A stretch of DNA of 64,000 bases from contig JAAILG010000051.1 of NCBI GenBank assembly GCA_012026655.1, forward strand, positions 1 through 64,000, in the 5' to 3' direction. This DNA comes from Hydrolagus affinis. Lineage: Eukaryota. Positions within the stretch are counted from its first letter, which is position 1. Each line of letters starts with the position of its first letter. The translations under genes were made by a program, and so were the position numbers. The notes below the pieces were generated by a model that was not told the DNA's origin, searched no databases, and was given only the letters and a program-made list of their open reading frames with translations. Shown one piece after another: positions 24,660-36,986 of this stretch.

Positions 24660-25100
24660 AGACAACCAACACCACCACCCACTGTCTCCACCCAGCTGCC
24701 CGTGATCTGTCTTTCCTCTCCTCCAACTCCAAATAGGAAGAGTTGAAGGGTTTCCTTGGGTCTAAAATTGAGCACTTGTCTGCCTTGACCTCTGCTTCTT
24801 TCCTTCAAATCCTATTTCCTTTCTGCACTCTCTCCGTCTCCATCAGTACCTCTACTCCAGGCTGCTGAAGGTTGAAATATTCCTACTGCTTGCTGCACTC
24901 CCTAGCTCTTTCCTTCACAAACAAGCTGCAGACCTTGCAGAACTCTGCAGCCTTTGTCCTCTTCCACCCCAGTCTTTGCAAACACATTACCCACATCCTC
25001 ACCAGCCTCCACTGGCTCCCATACCCCCCAGATCAAATTCTAGATCTGATCATTATTCTGAATTTCAAATTCCTCCTCGACCTTCCCCCGCTTTACCTCT
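24660..25100 (+). mobile_element. Old L2 ORF2 C-terminal fragment
   Basis: KLQTLQNSAAFVL...HITHILTSLHWLP, an L2 C-terminal signature. Confidence 0.85.
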
Positions 25101-25302
25101 GAGTCTACTGATTCACCTGTTCTCTCCACTCAGCAAAGAGCTTATTGCCCACTGCTTCTTGTCTCAGTACTGATGGGGCAAATTTTAGTAATTCTTTCCC
25201 TGAACTATGCAACTCCATCTGCTCCATACCTTACTTTGATGGAGCTGTGCCGCTCTGTAATATGGTTACCCAATAATGTCCATGATCAGTCAGTAAGCAT
25301 TA

Positions 25303-25362
25303 AATAATAATAATCCTTCCATTTGATATAGAATTTTTCATGTCTTCTAGGCGTCTCAAAAA
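25303..25362 (-). mobile_element. SINE 3' tail fragment
   Basis: aataataataatccttccatttgatatagaatttttcatgtcttctaggcgtctcaaa. Confidence 0.75.
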
Positions 25363-25908
25363 TGATAGACATCCCCATATGATTTGGAGATTAAGTTGAG
25401 GAAGATATCATTAAATTTCAGAACTCATGTAGATTTCCTCCAAATAAAAATAGTAATCAAAACTGAAAGAGTTATTCAAGTTGTCTTCCTGGACGTAGGT
25501 TCCTTATATTACCATAAAAGCACAATTTGGTTTGAATTTAAGCAACCAAACCAAAGATATGTATCAAGTGATCTGGATTATCTGGAACTCAGTTTAAGAC
25601 ATGATAAAATACTAATCCTGTTTAGAGTATCTGCATTGGTAATTATATTTCATTCTCACATCCCACACACACCATAATAAGATTAGGTTGACCTAGATTC
25701 AAAGTGCTGGAGATTTCAAGTGGATTGTTTCCCTTCAAGACATTTCTGCTAAGATTGCCTGTTGGTCATTTTCTTTACCAAGAGGCAGATACTTTTACCT
25801 TTTCCTCAGTTTCCAGTGAGATAAAGTAAATGATTTCATGATTATTATTATTAATAATAACGCCGTCCGGCGTGGAGGGCGCTATATAAATCAAAGTTGT
25901 TGTTGTAT

Positions 25909-26176
25909 TATACATTTTGTGGGTAAAATGCAGAGGCCAATTGCACAGCAGTATCTTACAAACATTTGTTGATTGAGTGACCAAATTATTATTTTTCCAT
26001 TGAAAGGATTGTTACCCCCCGAAAAGCGATCTGCCAATCGACAAACAACCCAGTTCCTACTTATCACTAAGTAAACAGAGGCATGTGGAGCAAGGAAACT
26101 TTAATGTTTCACTTGACCTAGGAATCCTAAACAGTTTAGCAAGGCGAATGCTCTAACCATTAAGCTAGAAGACTGC
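25909..26176 (-). mobile_element. tRNA-SINE, long subfamily, lacking its own tail; abuts an oppositely oriented L2-type tail (25861-25906)
   Basis: Homologous to the 18273 and 36600 copies. Confidence 0.85.
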
Positions 26177-26599
26177 ACAGTAATTCCCCCATTTAAGATA
26201 TCAAACCAGAAGAGTGAGCGAGAGAAAAGGGAAACACACTGAGTAGTGGCACTGGCATACCCCATAACCAATCTCATTTCTTCAACCTATTATGATTGCA
26301 GGTGTCTCAAGCATGTCAAATTGACTCTTAGAAACTCTACTCCCAAATTAGATTGTTTGTCAGAGCAGAATTCCCACAAGTTGAAATAAGGTCCTTCTGA
26401 TTTCCTTAATTAATTGGGCATGATAATTCACCACAGATTAGATCCCACTGAATCTTTCGTTCAGTGTTCAGTGCCACTCTATGTATTATCCAGCATGATA
26501 CAGATTTATTTAGTCCTGAATAAACTGAGCTTTCTCATTACACATGATGACTGATGAAAAACTGTCAAGAAGAGTTCCCATCTGATGCCAACCACTTTC

Positions 26600-26812
26600 T
26601 AGTTAGAGGAAAGTAAAACCTTGTCCAAGTTGCTTCCCAAAAGAGATGCATTGGCAACCACTTGAGAACAGGTTTGCTATCCACCTTCTCAGCCACCAAA
26701 TGGTTTTGGAGAGACCAAACGTAAAAGAACAAGTTTTTTTAAAAATTATAGGGAAAACAAAACTATCTATGTAGTTTGAAAGTCCATTCGAAAGAAATTC
26801 TAGAATCACATA
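26600..26812 (-). mobile_element. Very old LINE RT remnant
   Basis: FGLSKTIWWLRRWIANLFSSGCQCISFG resembles the RT motif YGI.G.LLRWI..FL..R.Q.V. Confidence 0.45.
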
Positions 26813-27324
26813 CTTTAAATAACTGATTAAGTATATATAACAATAAGATTTCCAAATGAATAATATATTGCTACTTTGAGAATCATATTAGATAGTTATT
26901 GAACCAGTACAAGAAATCCATCAATATATTCATAATATATTGATGTATGTAGATATTTATAACAAATAGAATGTAATGTGGTTAATATATTAGCGCAAAT
27001 AGCTCCCAAGTAACCTGACCTTGATCTAATTCATTAGGAATCTTGATTAATTGCATCTACAGTTTCTCTGCCTGTGATTATCCTGGTAAATGTTTGAATG
27101 CTTCCAAAGGGACATTCTAAATAACTTTGGCAGGTCAATGTAATACTGACAATAGCTGTGTTTAACAGTTGCAAGAAAATAATACACACATCTTATTCAG
27201 AATTAATAGTAATTTGTAATCTAATTCCTTTTTAAATTGTAGCCAGGTGCCAAAGTAATTCTCGATACATGTCTTTAAATTGGTGGCCGATAGAGAGCAA
27301 TAATAAATGTTTTTCTTTCCTCAG

Positions 27325-27453
27325 ACATCCACTGCTACAGTCAACATAGTGGTCACTGATGTGAATGACAATGATCCGATCTTTGACCCCATCTTCCTCA
27401 GGAACTTTACTGTACTGGAAGAGGAGGCAAATGCCTTTGTTGGTCAAGTTAGG
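27325..27453 (+). CDS. PCDH15: PCDH15 exon (~exon 18, EC6-EC7), 129 nt
   Basis: cctcag|ACA...AGG|gtaaga; [43 protein letters not shown]. Confidence 0.96.
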
Positions 27454-28719
27454 GTAAGATGATTTGAAGCCACATTTTAATTTCCAATACCTGGCAATAT
27501 TACAACCATGATATTTAAAATCAAAGCAATTTCAGGCAAATGAATAAGTTCTGTAACTTCTCGATTTTCTGCAGTAATGTTAAATAATATTCATGAACTA
27601 TCACTGCGACCAAAGTTACAAAAAGGTTTTTTAATGTTACAAAAAATGCTGTGCAGAATACGATAAATTCATTAACCTCTGAAGGCATCTGTGGCCAGAG
27701 CAATCATTTTCTTGACTATTTCAACCAAGAGATAAATAGAGCAAACAAAAAGCAGTTTAGAAATTTCTCACCAGCAACAATGTGGTTGAAGTTGGATTTC
27801 CTGCAGGGACAGCCTCTAATTGTCTCTAAAAATTGGAACTCTGCTAAAACCAATGCCACTATGATAGATATGCCTCATTATCAACTGTCCTTCAAGGTAC
27901 TATTTCCTCCCTCCTGTATGTTACAGTATAGTGGGTGACATTCTGGGTAGTTCATTGATTGTGCACTTACCTTGGTTCTGAGTTTATATCCTGGTGGGTC
28001 CATTGTGTCTTAACCCTCTGGGGGTCATTAAAATAAATACAATTGATGTTTACACAAAGGTTTTTTTTAATGGATGTCTCATTCAAGGAATCCAAGTAAG
28101 GCCTTGTTCTGGTTAATCTGAAGTTCATCACCCAACTCACATTGATGTATGTAAACTCCAGTCTGAAAGAAGTGTCAGAGTTAGCTGATATACTTTATAA
28201 TTCCTTATTAAACAACCCTGTTAGAATTCATCACTGATACCCTCTTAATCCCCCCCACCCCCCCCCGCACCTCATCCCACCCCACACACACAAACCTCCA
28301 AGTCCCAAAAATATCTTCCGCAATAAGCAAGATCTCTCTGATGTTGGATTAATGGCATATCTGACAAACAATGATCCTTGCATTTGGATACAATGCTTTA
28401 TCATATCATCAATATGTCTCAAAGCTCGTCACAGGAAACACAGTAAAATGGTGTGACTGTGCATTTTTGGTATATATTTTAAAGGCTGAAAACATCAAAC
28501 GATCATAAAATGAAAAAAGCAACAAAAGCCGGATGATGAGAAATAAATGAGAGATCAAATGGGATGTATTTGTGATTGATCTGTATCATTATGAACAGCA
28601 CGTAGGTCAAGGCTCAAAACTGTCTAAGCAGCTGGATATCAGAACAAAGAGACTAAGTGAAAAGTACATGTAATTGAATTAAGATGGATTGAATTTAGAA
28701 AAAAATGAAAGGTATTTCA

Positions 28720-28850
28720 AGATGCTACACATCTGAAATAAAAACAAAATCCGACAATTCACAGCAGGTGAATTGGTGTCTGAAAGAAGAACATTTAAGA
28801 AAAATATTTAAACTAACATTTTGTGCAACACCCTTCATCAGAACTGAAAC
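28720..28850 (-). mobile_element. Penelope-type pLTR remnant with decayed hammerhead-like core
   Basis: - strand reads cagttCTGATGAagggtgttgcacAAAAtgttag; flank related to the 9724 element. Confidence 0.55.
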
Positions 28851-28899
28851 TACAGAGAGACCAAGGGCAGACCCAATATAGATTGGGCAAGTAATGATT

Positions 28900-29160
28900 A
28901 GACAGGAGGACAAGTTGAGAGAAAAAAAACATTGAGATAAGGATCTTAAACTTGATCCTCTAAGTTATTGATTTTGAAACAATGTGAGTAGCGGTGGTAA
29001 TGCGTATGCAGATGTTTCTTGGTGAGAGAGACAGATCAGACTGCATAGTTCTGGATTTGTTTCACAAAGTGGAGTGGAAAATGATAGTGAGCAGAGCATT
29101 ATGAAACATCAATTCTTGAGGTGATGACATTTGAAATAAGGACTTTTCAGGCTGACTTAA
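28900..29160 (-). mobile_element. Very old L2 fragment
   Basis: gcagagcattatgaaacatcaattcttgaggtgatgac resembles the antisense of the L2 'FITSRLDYCNALL' region. Confidence 0.45.
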
Positions 29161-31668
29161 TTTGAGAAAGTTCTCGCCTCTTGAGTCAGAAGGTTATGGG
29201 TTCTGAATTTGCTGAAAGAAGGCCCAAAGCAGAACTGCATTAACCAGCAAATCTGCATTTTTACATATTGCTGACTTGAAAGCTAATATTTTCACTCAGG
29301 GTGAAAATTATGCCTAAATCCTGGGGAAAAAAATGCTGATCATGTAGTTGAGTTCTGAAGGTTGCAGTTCCTGTCTTTGGGTCACTAATGTTGTTAGACT
29401 CGTATATGCAACCAAGTCCAGCCTCTAATTTTAAGGAAAGGCAAGTGACCTTGTATTGTATGGGGTTGTAACTATTTTAACACAACACTCTGAGTATGAG
29501 AGTCTGTTTATTCCAGATTTCCAGCCAAAGTGGATGGTGAAGGAATGAACTTCTCCTTTGGTCCAGAATGATTTTCTAGTGCTTCCATGCATGATAATTT
29601 TGTTTTCATGACAAAAGTATAACTCCTGGGGATGAAAATTGTTGCAGGAAAATGCCTGAAACAGAGGATTGCCTGAAACACTTGTGAAGATCAAACATGT
29701 GGGAAGGAAAAGGAACTCTTTCTTCTCCCACCAAAACATTCACCAATCTATTATCAGAATTTTCAGCCTAGAAACATCCGCTGAGCCCACCTATACTCAT
29801 GTTAACTCTTCCAAAACATATATACAATTCTCTTATGTAGGGCATAAAGTGAACTGTGTGAATGCCTTACAAATATCAGATAATAACCAATCTTTCTTGA
29901 TAATAGATGGTAATTAGATTTATTAGTCATTTTAATGTTCAGTAGTAGAGAAAATTGCTTTGGAAAATGCTTTCAGTTTGACTTCAGTTTCTGCATTAAA
30001 CTGACACAGGCCCATACATTTCCATCTCCTCCCAAGTATCCAGTAGGTAAATAGCACTCTTTATCTGAAGCCAAGTATTCAATAAGAGTTACCTTACAGC
30101 TTTGGTCCAAGTAGAGATAAATAATTCTAGGGGTGCACAAAATACATAATATTTTGATATCTCACCTAAACCGTAGTTTCCACTCTGCCCTATTTTCCAG
30201 TGTAGGGCAGCATAAATTTAGCTCATATAGGAACCAAGTACTGTAACCAAAATATAAACACATAAATAGTGAGAAATATTGCTGCGATTGCTTCTCAAGC
30301 CCTTACATTAGCTCCCTTGAAAATTGGAACAGAAAGACTAAAGAAAATTATAGATAACATGGTCCACCCAGACGTCATTTTACAATCAGTGCCTGTCAGT
30401 TCAGACTGAATCACCATGATTAATCACTGCCATTACTTTCTCTTTGCCTCCCTTTGGTAACCTTGTCAAAACCGTAATGTGCACTTCAAATATACCAAAA
30501 TCATAGGGGCCCCCTCTATCCTTGAAAATAAAACAAAATGAAGAATGGCAATTGCATATCCATCCAGAGAAACTTTTGTTTGGGGCCCTGTTTTATAACA
30601 TTCATGCTTTCTGTCTTCACATAACACCTAGCGAAGCATTATATATTGTGATCTTTAGTACAAAGATGGTCATATTTCTTATTAATCTGAATCTTCACTT
30701 GTTGCTATTATCTTAGATACTGACTCTAAAGTAACCAGTAATCCTATCATTTTGAAGGAATTGGTTGACACCTTCCAAACAGCTTTTGTTGAATCTATCT
30801 CATCATCTTAGTTGCTACCTCAAATAATTCCAGTGGATTTGTGAGGCAACAATTATTGCCTCTTTTTCTCCATTGGTTACTTCTTATAGCTTCTTTGATC
30901 ATCATATTGTGCTTTTATTGCTGGGAGAAAAGCAATTTTTCCACAATTCTGCATCACCTTACAATCAAAGACAAAATCCTCACCTCGCACTGGGCTGTTT
31001 TTTGTTTTTTTAAAAAAACATGAACTGTGTTGATTTCCAACACCAAAATCAGGTGTTTTTTTTTTTTTTTTTACTTGTTATTGAAGATTTGATTCCATTA
31101 GAACACGGAATAGCGAAAGCTCTTGGAATATTTAGTGTACCATAGGGCTTTGAGTCACATTGGAAGTATAGACACTCTACCAATATTCTATATTTATACT
31201 GCAGCAGGAGGTAATCAAGTTTATCTTGAGCCCTCTCCAGGTGATATTAGAAAAAATAATTTCATTCACAGCTTAATTTGAAATAAAATGCAGGATTATA
31301 GAGGAAACTATATTGAGGTTATTGAGAATCAACACTTGAACCGTTAATCTAGTCTGACATTGCAGTGTAGCAATAGGAGTGCAGCTTTCTGGATAAGTGT
31401 TAAGGACAATAAATGTTTTTGAAATGCAAGTGTTGTAGCTGAGAGAAAAGATCAGTACTGCATTATAAGTAAGCTAAGGATGATTAATTTGATTTGAATC
31501 TGTACTTAATTTCAATTATATTTGTGCAACTGTATGGATTCAATGTGTACCAAAAAATCCTCTTAAACTCAGGTTTAAACGTGTTAAACGTGATACTTTA
31601 AATATGAATGTGTTACATTATGTGAGTAGGGAAATTGTGTTGTACAAATTGCATGTTATTTCTTGAAG

Positions 31669-31974
31669 GCTACAGATGCAGATGCTGGTATGAATGGACA
31701 AATTCGCTACAGCTTGAGGAATTATAATGGCATTTTCAGAATAACCTCAAATGGCAGCATTTATACAACAAAGCCATTGGACCGAGAAACTCAAGACTCA
31801 TATGACCTGATTGTAGAAGCTTCAGATGGAGCAGTGGACCCTCGACGTTCAACCCTCACTGTACCAGTCAGAGTGCTGGACATTGATGACAACAGTCCTA
31901 TATTCTCGCAATCCAGTTATGCAGTTACATTGCCGGAAAATAATTCACCTGGAATTGTTATTCTGCAATTAAAG
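31669..31974 (+). CDS. PCDH15: PCDH15 exon (~exon 19, EC7-EC8), 306 nt
   Basis: ttgaag|GCT...AAG|gtaagc; [14 protein letters not shown]...PLDRE...DIDDNSPIF...ILQLK. Confidence 0.96.
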
Positions 31975-34058
31975 GTAAGCCACACAAGACCAATATTCAC
32001 TATACGTATACTTCAGTTATGAGTTGTCAATATTTCTGCATTGGAAAGTTTTATAACTCACTATACTAATTATAGATTAGAAAAGTAGTCACATAAAACA
32101 GATATAAAATTTGATCTCATGTCAAAAAGGTGCCCTGATTTTCTATGTAATTTGCATCGTTAGATTTTGTACTAAGGAAATCGCTGTCTTTATTCCAATC
32201 GGTTTCAAAAGCAACCATTAATAATTACATGAAAACTTGCTGCATGTGAATTAGTATCTTTAACATTGAAACATGTCAAAGCTTTGCTTTCAATAATATA
32301 AACAAGAGCAAACTCACTATAAATGACGTACAATATCTTAAATGAGGCCAGAGTCCTCTGTTGCTGGTGTTATATTCATCATTTATCATTTTTGACAACT
32401 ACAGTGCATCACTGATTGCTTTTGCTGATCTATAATTTTTATTAATATCATGAATTAATGCATTACATTTTATTACATTGGGAATTTCAACTTAAGTATG
32501 CTCTTTGTACCTACAAAACAATTCCTTCGGTCAATAAAAAGCCATTTGGAAATATGACATTGGATAAGAAAACCAATGTCATATGTGTGTTTCAGCTTTG
32601 GTGTGTTACAAAATATTGACTTCATGCTTCAGCTACTGAAGGGTTGTTTGAAATTATACAATTCATTAAATTATGTGGGCGATTTAATTAATTAAGGTAT
32701 AAATGAAGGAAATGTTTGATGATCTCAATTAGTTAGCTGTTTGCATGCATTTTTGATGCTTGTTCTATATCTACAACAAGTGTTTTTACTCTCATTACCA
32801 TGGCTTATTTCTGTCCATTTGTGGATCTCATGGTTTACACTAGCTTATAGCACTACCATATGTGGGAAACATATGGTAGACAGAATAAACTGAATCGGAC
32901 CTTCTCTACTGGATGCAGAGTGTACATTTTCCTAACAATATTTATTTTCTCTAGCCCTCATATGCTCTCAATTTCATTGACTCAGCACTTATGGTATCTT
33001 TGAGAGGAAATATGCTACAATGGTACAATTAATGGCATCTTTTCAAAAAAAAATCATAATAAATTCAAAAGCAAAATGTTTCCTTTCTGAAAGCCAACAT
33101 CCTGATCAAAGCTGTTGTTCTGTCATCTCCAAAGGTAGACCATTAAAATTCATGTTGGAATGATTCCTTTTTATTTTAATTATATCTCTGTTTTAGCTGG
33201 GTGTTAGCCCTTTGCTCATTTGTACCAAAGCTGTACTTTCTAATGTTTTACGGTAGTTTATAACGGTTATTTTCCTGCAGCCAGAAAATAGTGTTTTCTC
33301 TGCTCTCAAATTAATTTCCAGTTTATATCTCAGTTTGCCAGTTGCTCACAGTCATCTTTCAAATTTACATTAATTAAATACTTCTACTGCTATAAACAAA
33401 GAAAGTGTATTGAGATTCATCCAAGAATAGGATTGGTTGACTTCCTGTACATTTGTTGATGTTTCTACCTTGGCCAATTCATAACAGAGCATGTATATTG
33501 TTTCAGGGCAGAGGTTTCTCAATGTTTATTATGTTTGGAGGTTTCCTTGTTATTTGTTTCAAATTATTTCAATCTCATTGCTTACCGATCAGTAACCCTC
33601 CTGTACACAGCACTTGCTGCTGTTGTGTGAACTTCATGTCATTTTAAAAACTATGCACGCCACCTCATTTCATCGAGGTTCCAGTTGTTTGTCTTATTTG
33701 TCTTATCTGAAGGCTTCCTTTGGTGTTTGAAGTAAAATTGTACAGTGCACTCATTTTTTTTTACTCTATTAAGCCTCTGCAGGGACAATTCTATGTCTCT
33801 TTATTTTAATTGTTTCAAGCACTCCATGTGGGTCTGTCATCAGGTTGGATCATATTTCTCTCTCTCTCACTTGTCTCTAGGTTTGTTCCTTGCACTAAAA
33901 CAACACCTGTTTGCATCAAATATTTTTCAGCACTTTTGCACTAGTTCTCTGCATTTTCTCCTTTGTTCATGGTCTTCTATTTTTTCATACATTAAAGGTG
34001 ATCTTGTGTTTACCTGTGTTTGCAAACAGTGCATTACGAATTATTTAATTTTATACAG

Positions 34059-34644
34059 ATTGATAAAATGGGCAGAAACGTGGCAGATGAGGTTTAATGT
34101 GGAGAAACGCTATTGCGTTTTGGTAGGAAGATTGAGGAAAAGCGGTATACACTGTCCTAATCTAGGACAAGATTGCAGGGCTATGGAGAGAAAGATGATA
34201 TTTGTGTAAAGGGGGTAAATGAACAGAGAGACCCGGTGGTCCATATAAACAAATCTCTGAAAGTGGCAGGATAGGTAGATCAAGCTGTTTTAAAAAAAAG
34301 CATACTGGATACTAGGATTTTTGAATAGCGGTATAGGATACAAATGTCAGGAGGTTATGATGAATATTTATAAAATGCTGGTTAGTCCTCATTTGGAGTA
34401 CTGTGTTCAGTTCTGGGCACCACACTTTAGGAAAGATGTATATGGGTATTTGGGAGGACAAGATTACAGGGCTATGGAGAGAAAGTGGGCTAGTGGGATT
34501 GAGTTGGATTGCTCTTATTGGAGCTGACGCAGACAGTGCGTGGATGGACAATGGGCTGAATGGCCTCCTTCTGTGCTGAATCCAACATGAAGGGCGCTCT
34601 AAAATTCAATTTTGTTGTTGCTGTATGATTCCATGATTCTATGA
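34059..34644 (+). mobile_element. CR1 LINE fragment, internally deleted/rearranged, with nested L2 tail
   Basis: RLIKWAETWQMRFNVEK; YKMLVSPHLEYCVQFWAPHFRKD; tail tgggctgaatggcctccttctgtgctg...tatgattccatgattctatg. Confidence 0.92.
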
Positions 34645-35202
34645 ACCTCCTAATACAGAGTGGTACAACAAATTAATCAAACTATATTTGGGAAAATCAA
34701 TACATTGGGGTTTAAAATGTAATTGTTGCCATCTGTATCAAGTTGTTAATTATACCATATTGCAAGATTTGTTTGGAGATCTATAAAGCAGTGAGTTGTG
34801 ATTGAATCCTCAATTGGCAAAGTTTGGGGAAAAGAGATGGTAAGAAAAATGACAAATCCTTCACACTATTTTATGACTCTCACAAATAACTACTTTAATC
34901 CTTCTCCAATATAAAAATTTTAAGCACTAATATAGTGGTAAATGCAGAGATGAAAATAATTGCAAAATTAGAAACATTTATACATTTGAAACAATCATAA
35001 AAGAAAGGTTTGGATTTAATAATTCAAATCTTGTAGAATTAAATTCTGAATTGAGAACGTTATAATTAAAAATGAGACTGAAATATGTCTTCTCTCAATG
35101 TGGGATTATCTTGGGTAGTAGGGAATAGTCCATGAACTTTCATGTTTTCAAGTTTAACTTCTAGCAGATTATTTAAAGAATATTGTTGAAACCATTCTTG
35201 GA

Positions 35203-35560
35203 AATAATAATCCTTCCTTGCATTTGATGTAGTGATTCATCATATGGTCAAAAGCTCTCAAAGAGCTTCACAAGATTTATTGTAGAGTGCAATGATTATT
35301 TTTGTATATAGGCAAACAAGGTTGCACACAAATAATTACAATTGAGCAGAACACCAGGAGAAACTCCCGTTTGTTCCTGAGATCTTTAACTCACACCTGA
35401 ACCTTGGTTTAACATTTCATCAAAAGGAAGGCAACTCTGATAATGCAGCGCATTGCAGCACTGAGTTCAAATGTCAACCTAGACTGTGAGCTCAAAATCC
35501 TAATATAAGGCTTGAATCCACAATTTTCTGACTCAGTGGTGAAAATATTGCCAGCAAAGC
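35203..35560 (-). mobile_element. Old DeuSINE (SacSINE1-like), near full length
   Basis: Tail, Deu core (ccaggagaaactccc...gatctttaac...ggtttaacatttcatc) and tRNA head on - strand. Confidence 0.75.
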
Positions 35561-36599
35561 TCAGCTCAGCCTCACCACAAATAGGGCTGGAAAACCACCA
35601 AGAACCAATAGAAGTTTAACTTGTGAAAGAAATAGAAATTTAAAAACATTCACAAGAAAAGTGAAGAAGCTCTTTTAGAATGACAAATTTCAGTCATTCG
35701 CATCATTCCAGATGGGTTTCAGTTTAGACAGAGTGCCGACTTAATTTCCATAATAGCTTCTGGTCGATAGACAGTTATTATAGGTTTGCTGTTATGGCTC
35801 TTACTCTACTTGACATAAAAGCATAATGTGTTTGGGCACTGAAAATAAAATTATCCTGAATAATTTATAAAAATATGTAAAGTTAAGAGTTTGAATAAAA
35901 TACAACCACTCTCATCACATATACTGCCCTCCCTATATCACCTACCATATGTTACATATAGAGAATAAATTGATATTGATATTAAAACACATTTAGGAAC
36001 CCCTTGGCTCCAGACACTACAAGATGGAATTGTAACAATTTTTAACCATGCAATGTTTAGTGCCTCCCTGATAGCACTATTGTGAGGCGGAATTAATATT
36101 TAAACTGACATTTTAGGATTACTTTGCTGTGAACTAGTTCCCATTATGATTGTACTGCAGTTTTACAGGGTTCTATTATTTCCACTTGGATAGAATAATT
36201 TCATGATTTGTTAAAATAAATATTATACCGTGAAAGCTGGGTAAGTATTGAAAGATACCGCAATTGCTTGCAAATGTGCCTGTACTTTTACAGCAATAAA
36301 AATATGCCTTTTGCTCTGCAGTAACATTGTCTGTAGATCAGCTGTTGTTTTCAGTTATACAATTACATGAAAAAAAACCTCGACTTAAAGCATAGTCTTT
36401 GATTTTTGTCTGTTGTAGTAATCTGATGGTCTTTCAAATCAATGGGATACAAAAAATGTTGCACTGGTTATTGGGCAATTACAGCATGAGATTGTGACCA
36501 GTGGAACAATTAAATGAACAGATTCATTGGGTGCCAATTATTGACGTGTTATCTATTGAGGATTATAAAAATTAGGTGCTTTTGTTTAATCTCAGTACA

Positions 36600-36986
36600 G
36601 CTAATTGTAGCGTATTGGTGAGAGCGCTCACCTCACAAACGGGAGGACTTGGGTTTGATTCCCGGGCAGGGCGAAACATTAGGCAAGTTTCCTTCCTCCA
36701 CACACCTCTATTCACCTAGCAGCAAGTAGGATTATGTGTGTTAATTGATTGGTGGATCGCTTTTCTGGGGTTAATAATCAGTTTTAATAAATGAATAATA
36801 ATAAATTGGTCACTCGATCCACGACTGTTTGTGGGACACTGCTGTGTGCAATTGGCAGCTGCATTTCGTGCAGAAAATATACAGTCAATTCACTTTACAG
36901 TATATTCTGTGAAGCACTTTGAGATGTCTCAATGAAGTGATAAGGCACTATATCGAACGCAAGGATTAGTATTATTATTTATTATT
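36600..36986 (+). mobile_element. tRNA-SINE, long subfamily, full length (tRNA head + CORE-like + Deu 3' + L2-like tail)
   Basis: A box tagcgtattgg (36608), B box ggtttgattcc (36652), gtgggacactgctgtgtgcaattggcagctgc Deu 3' motif, stem-loop tail and (ATT)n. Confidence 0.92.

Noticed and set aside
28248-28290. C-rich tract (minus-strand G4)
   Set aside because: Simple low-complexity run with no further evidence of function.
36605-36672. tRNA gene
   Set aside because: A and B boxes are present, but the sequence continues into SINE body and tail and recurs as decayed copies; it is a SINE head.
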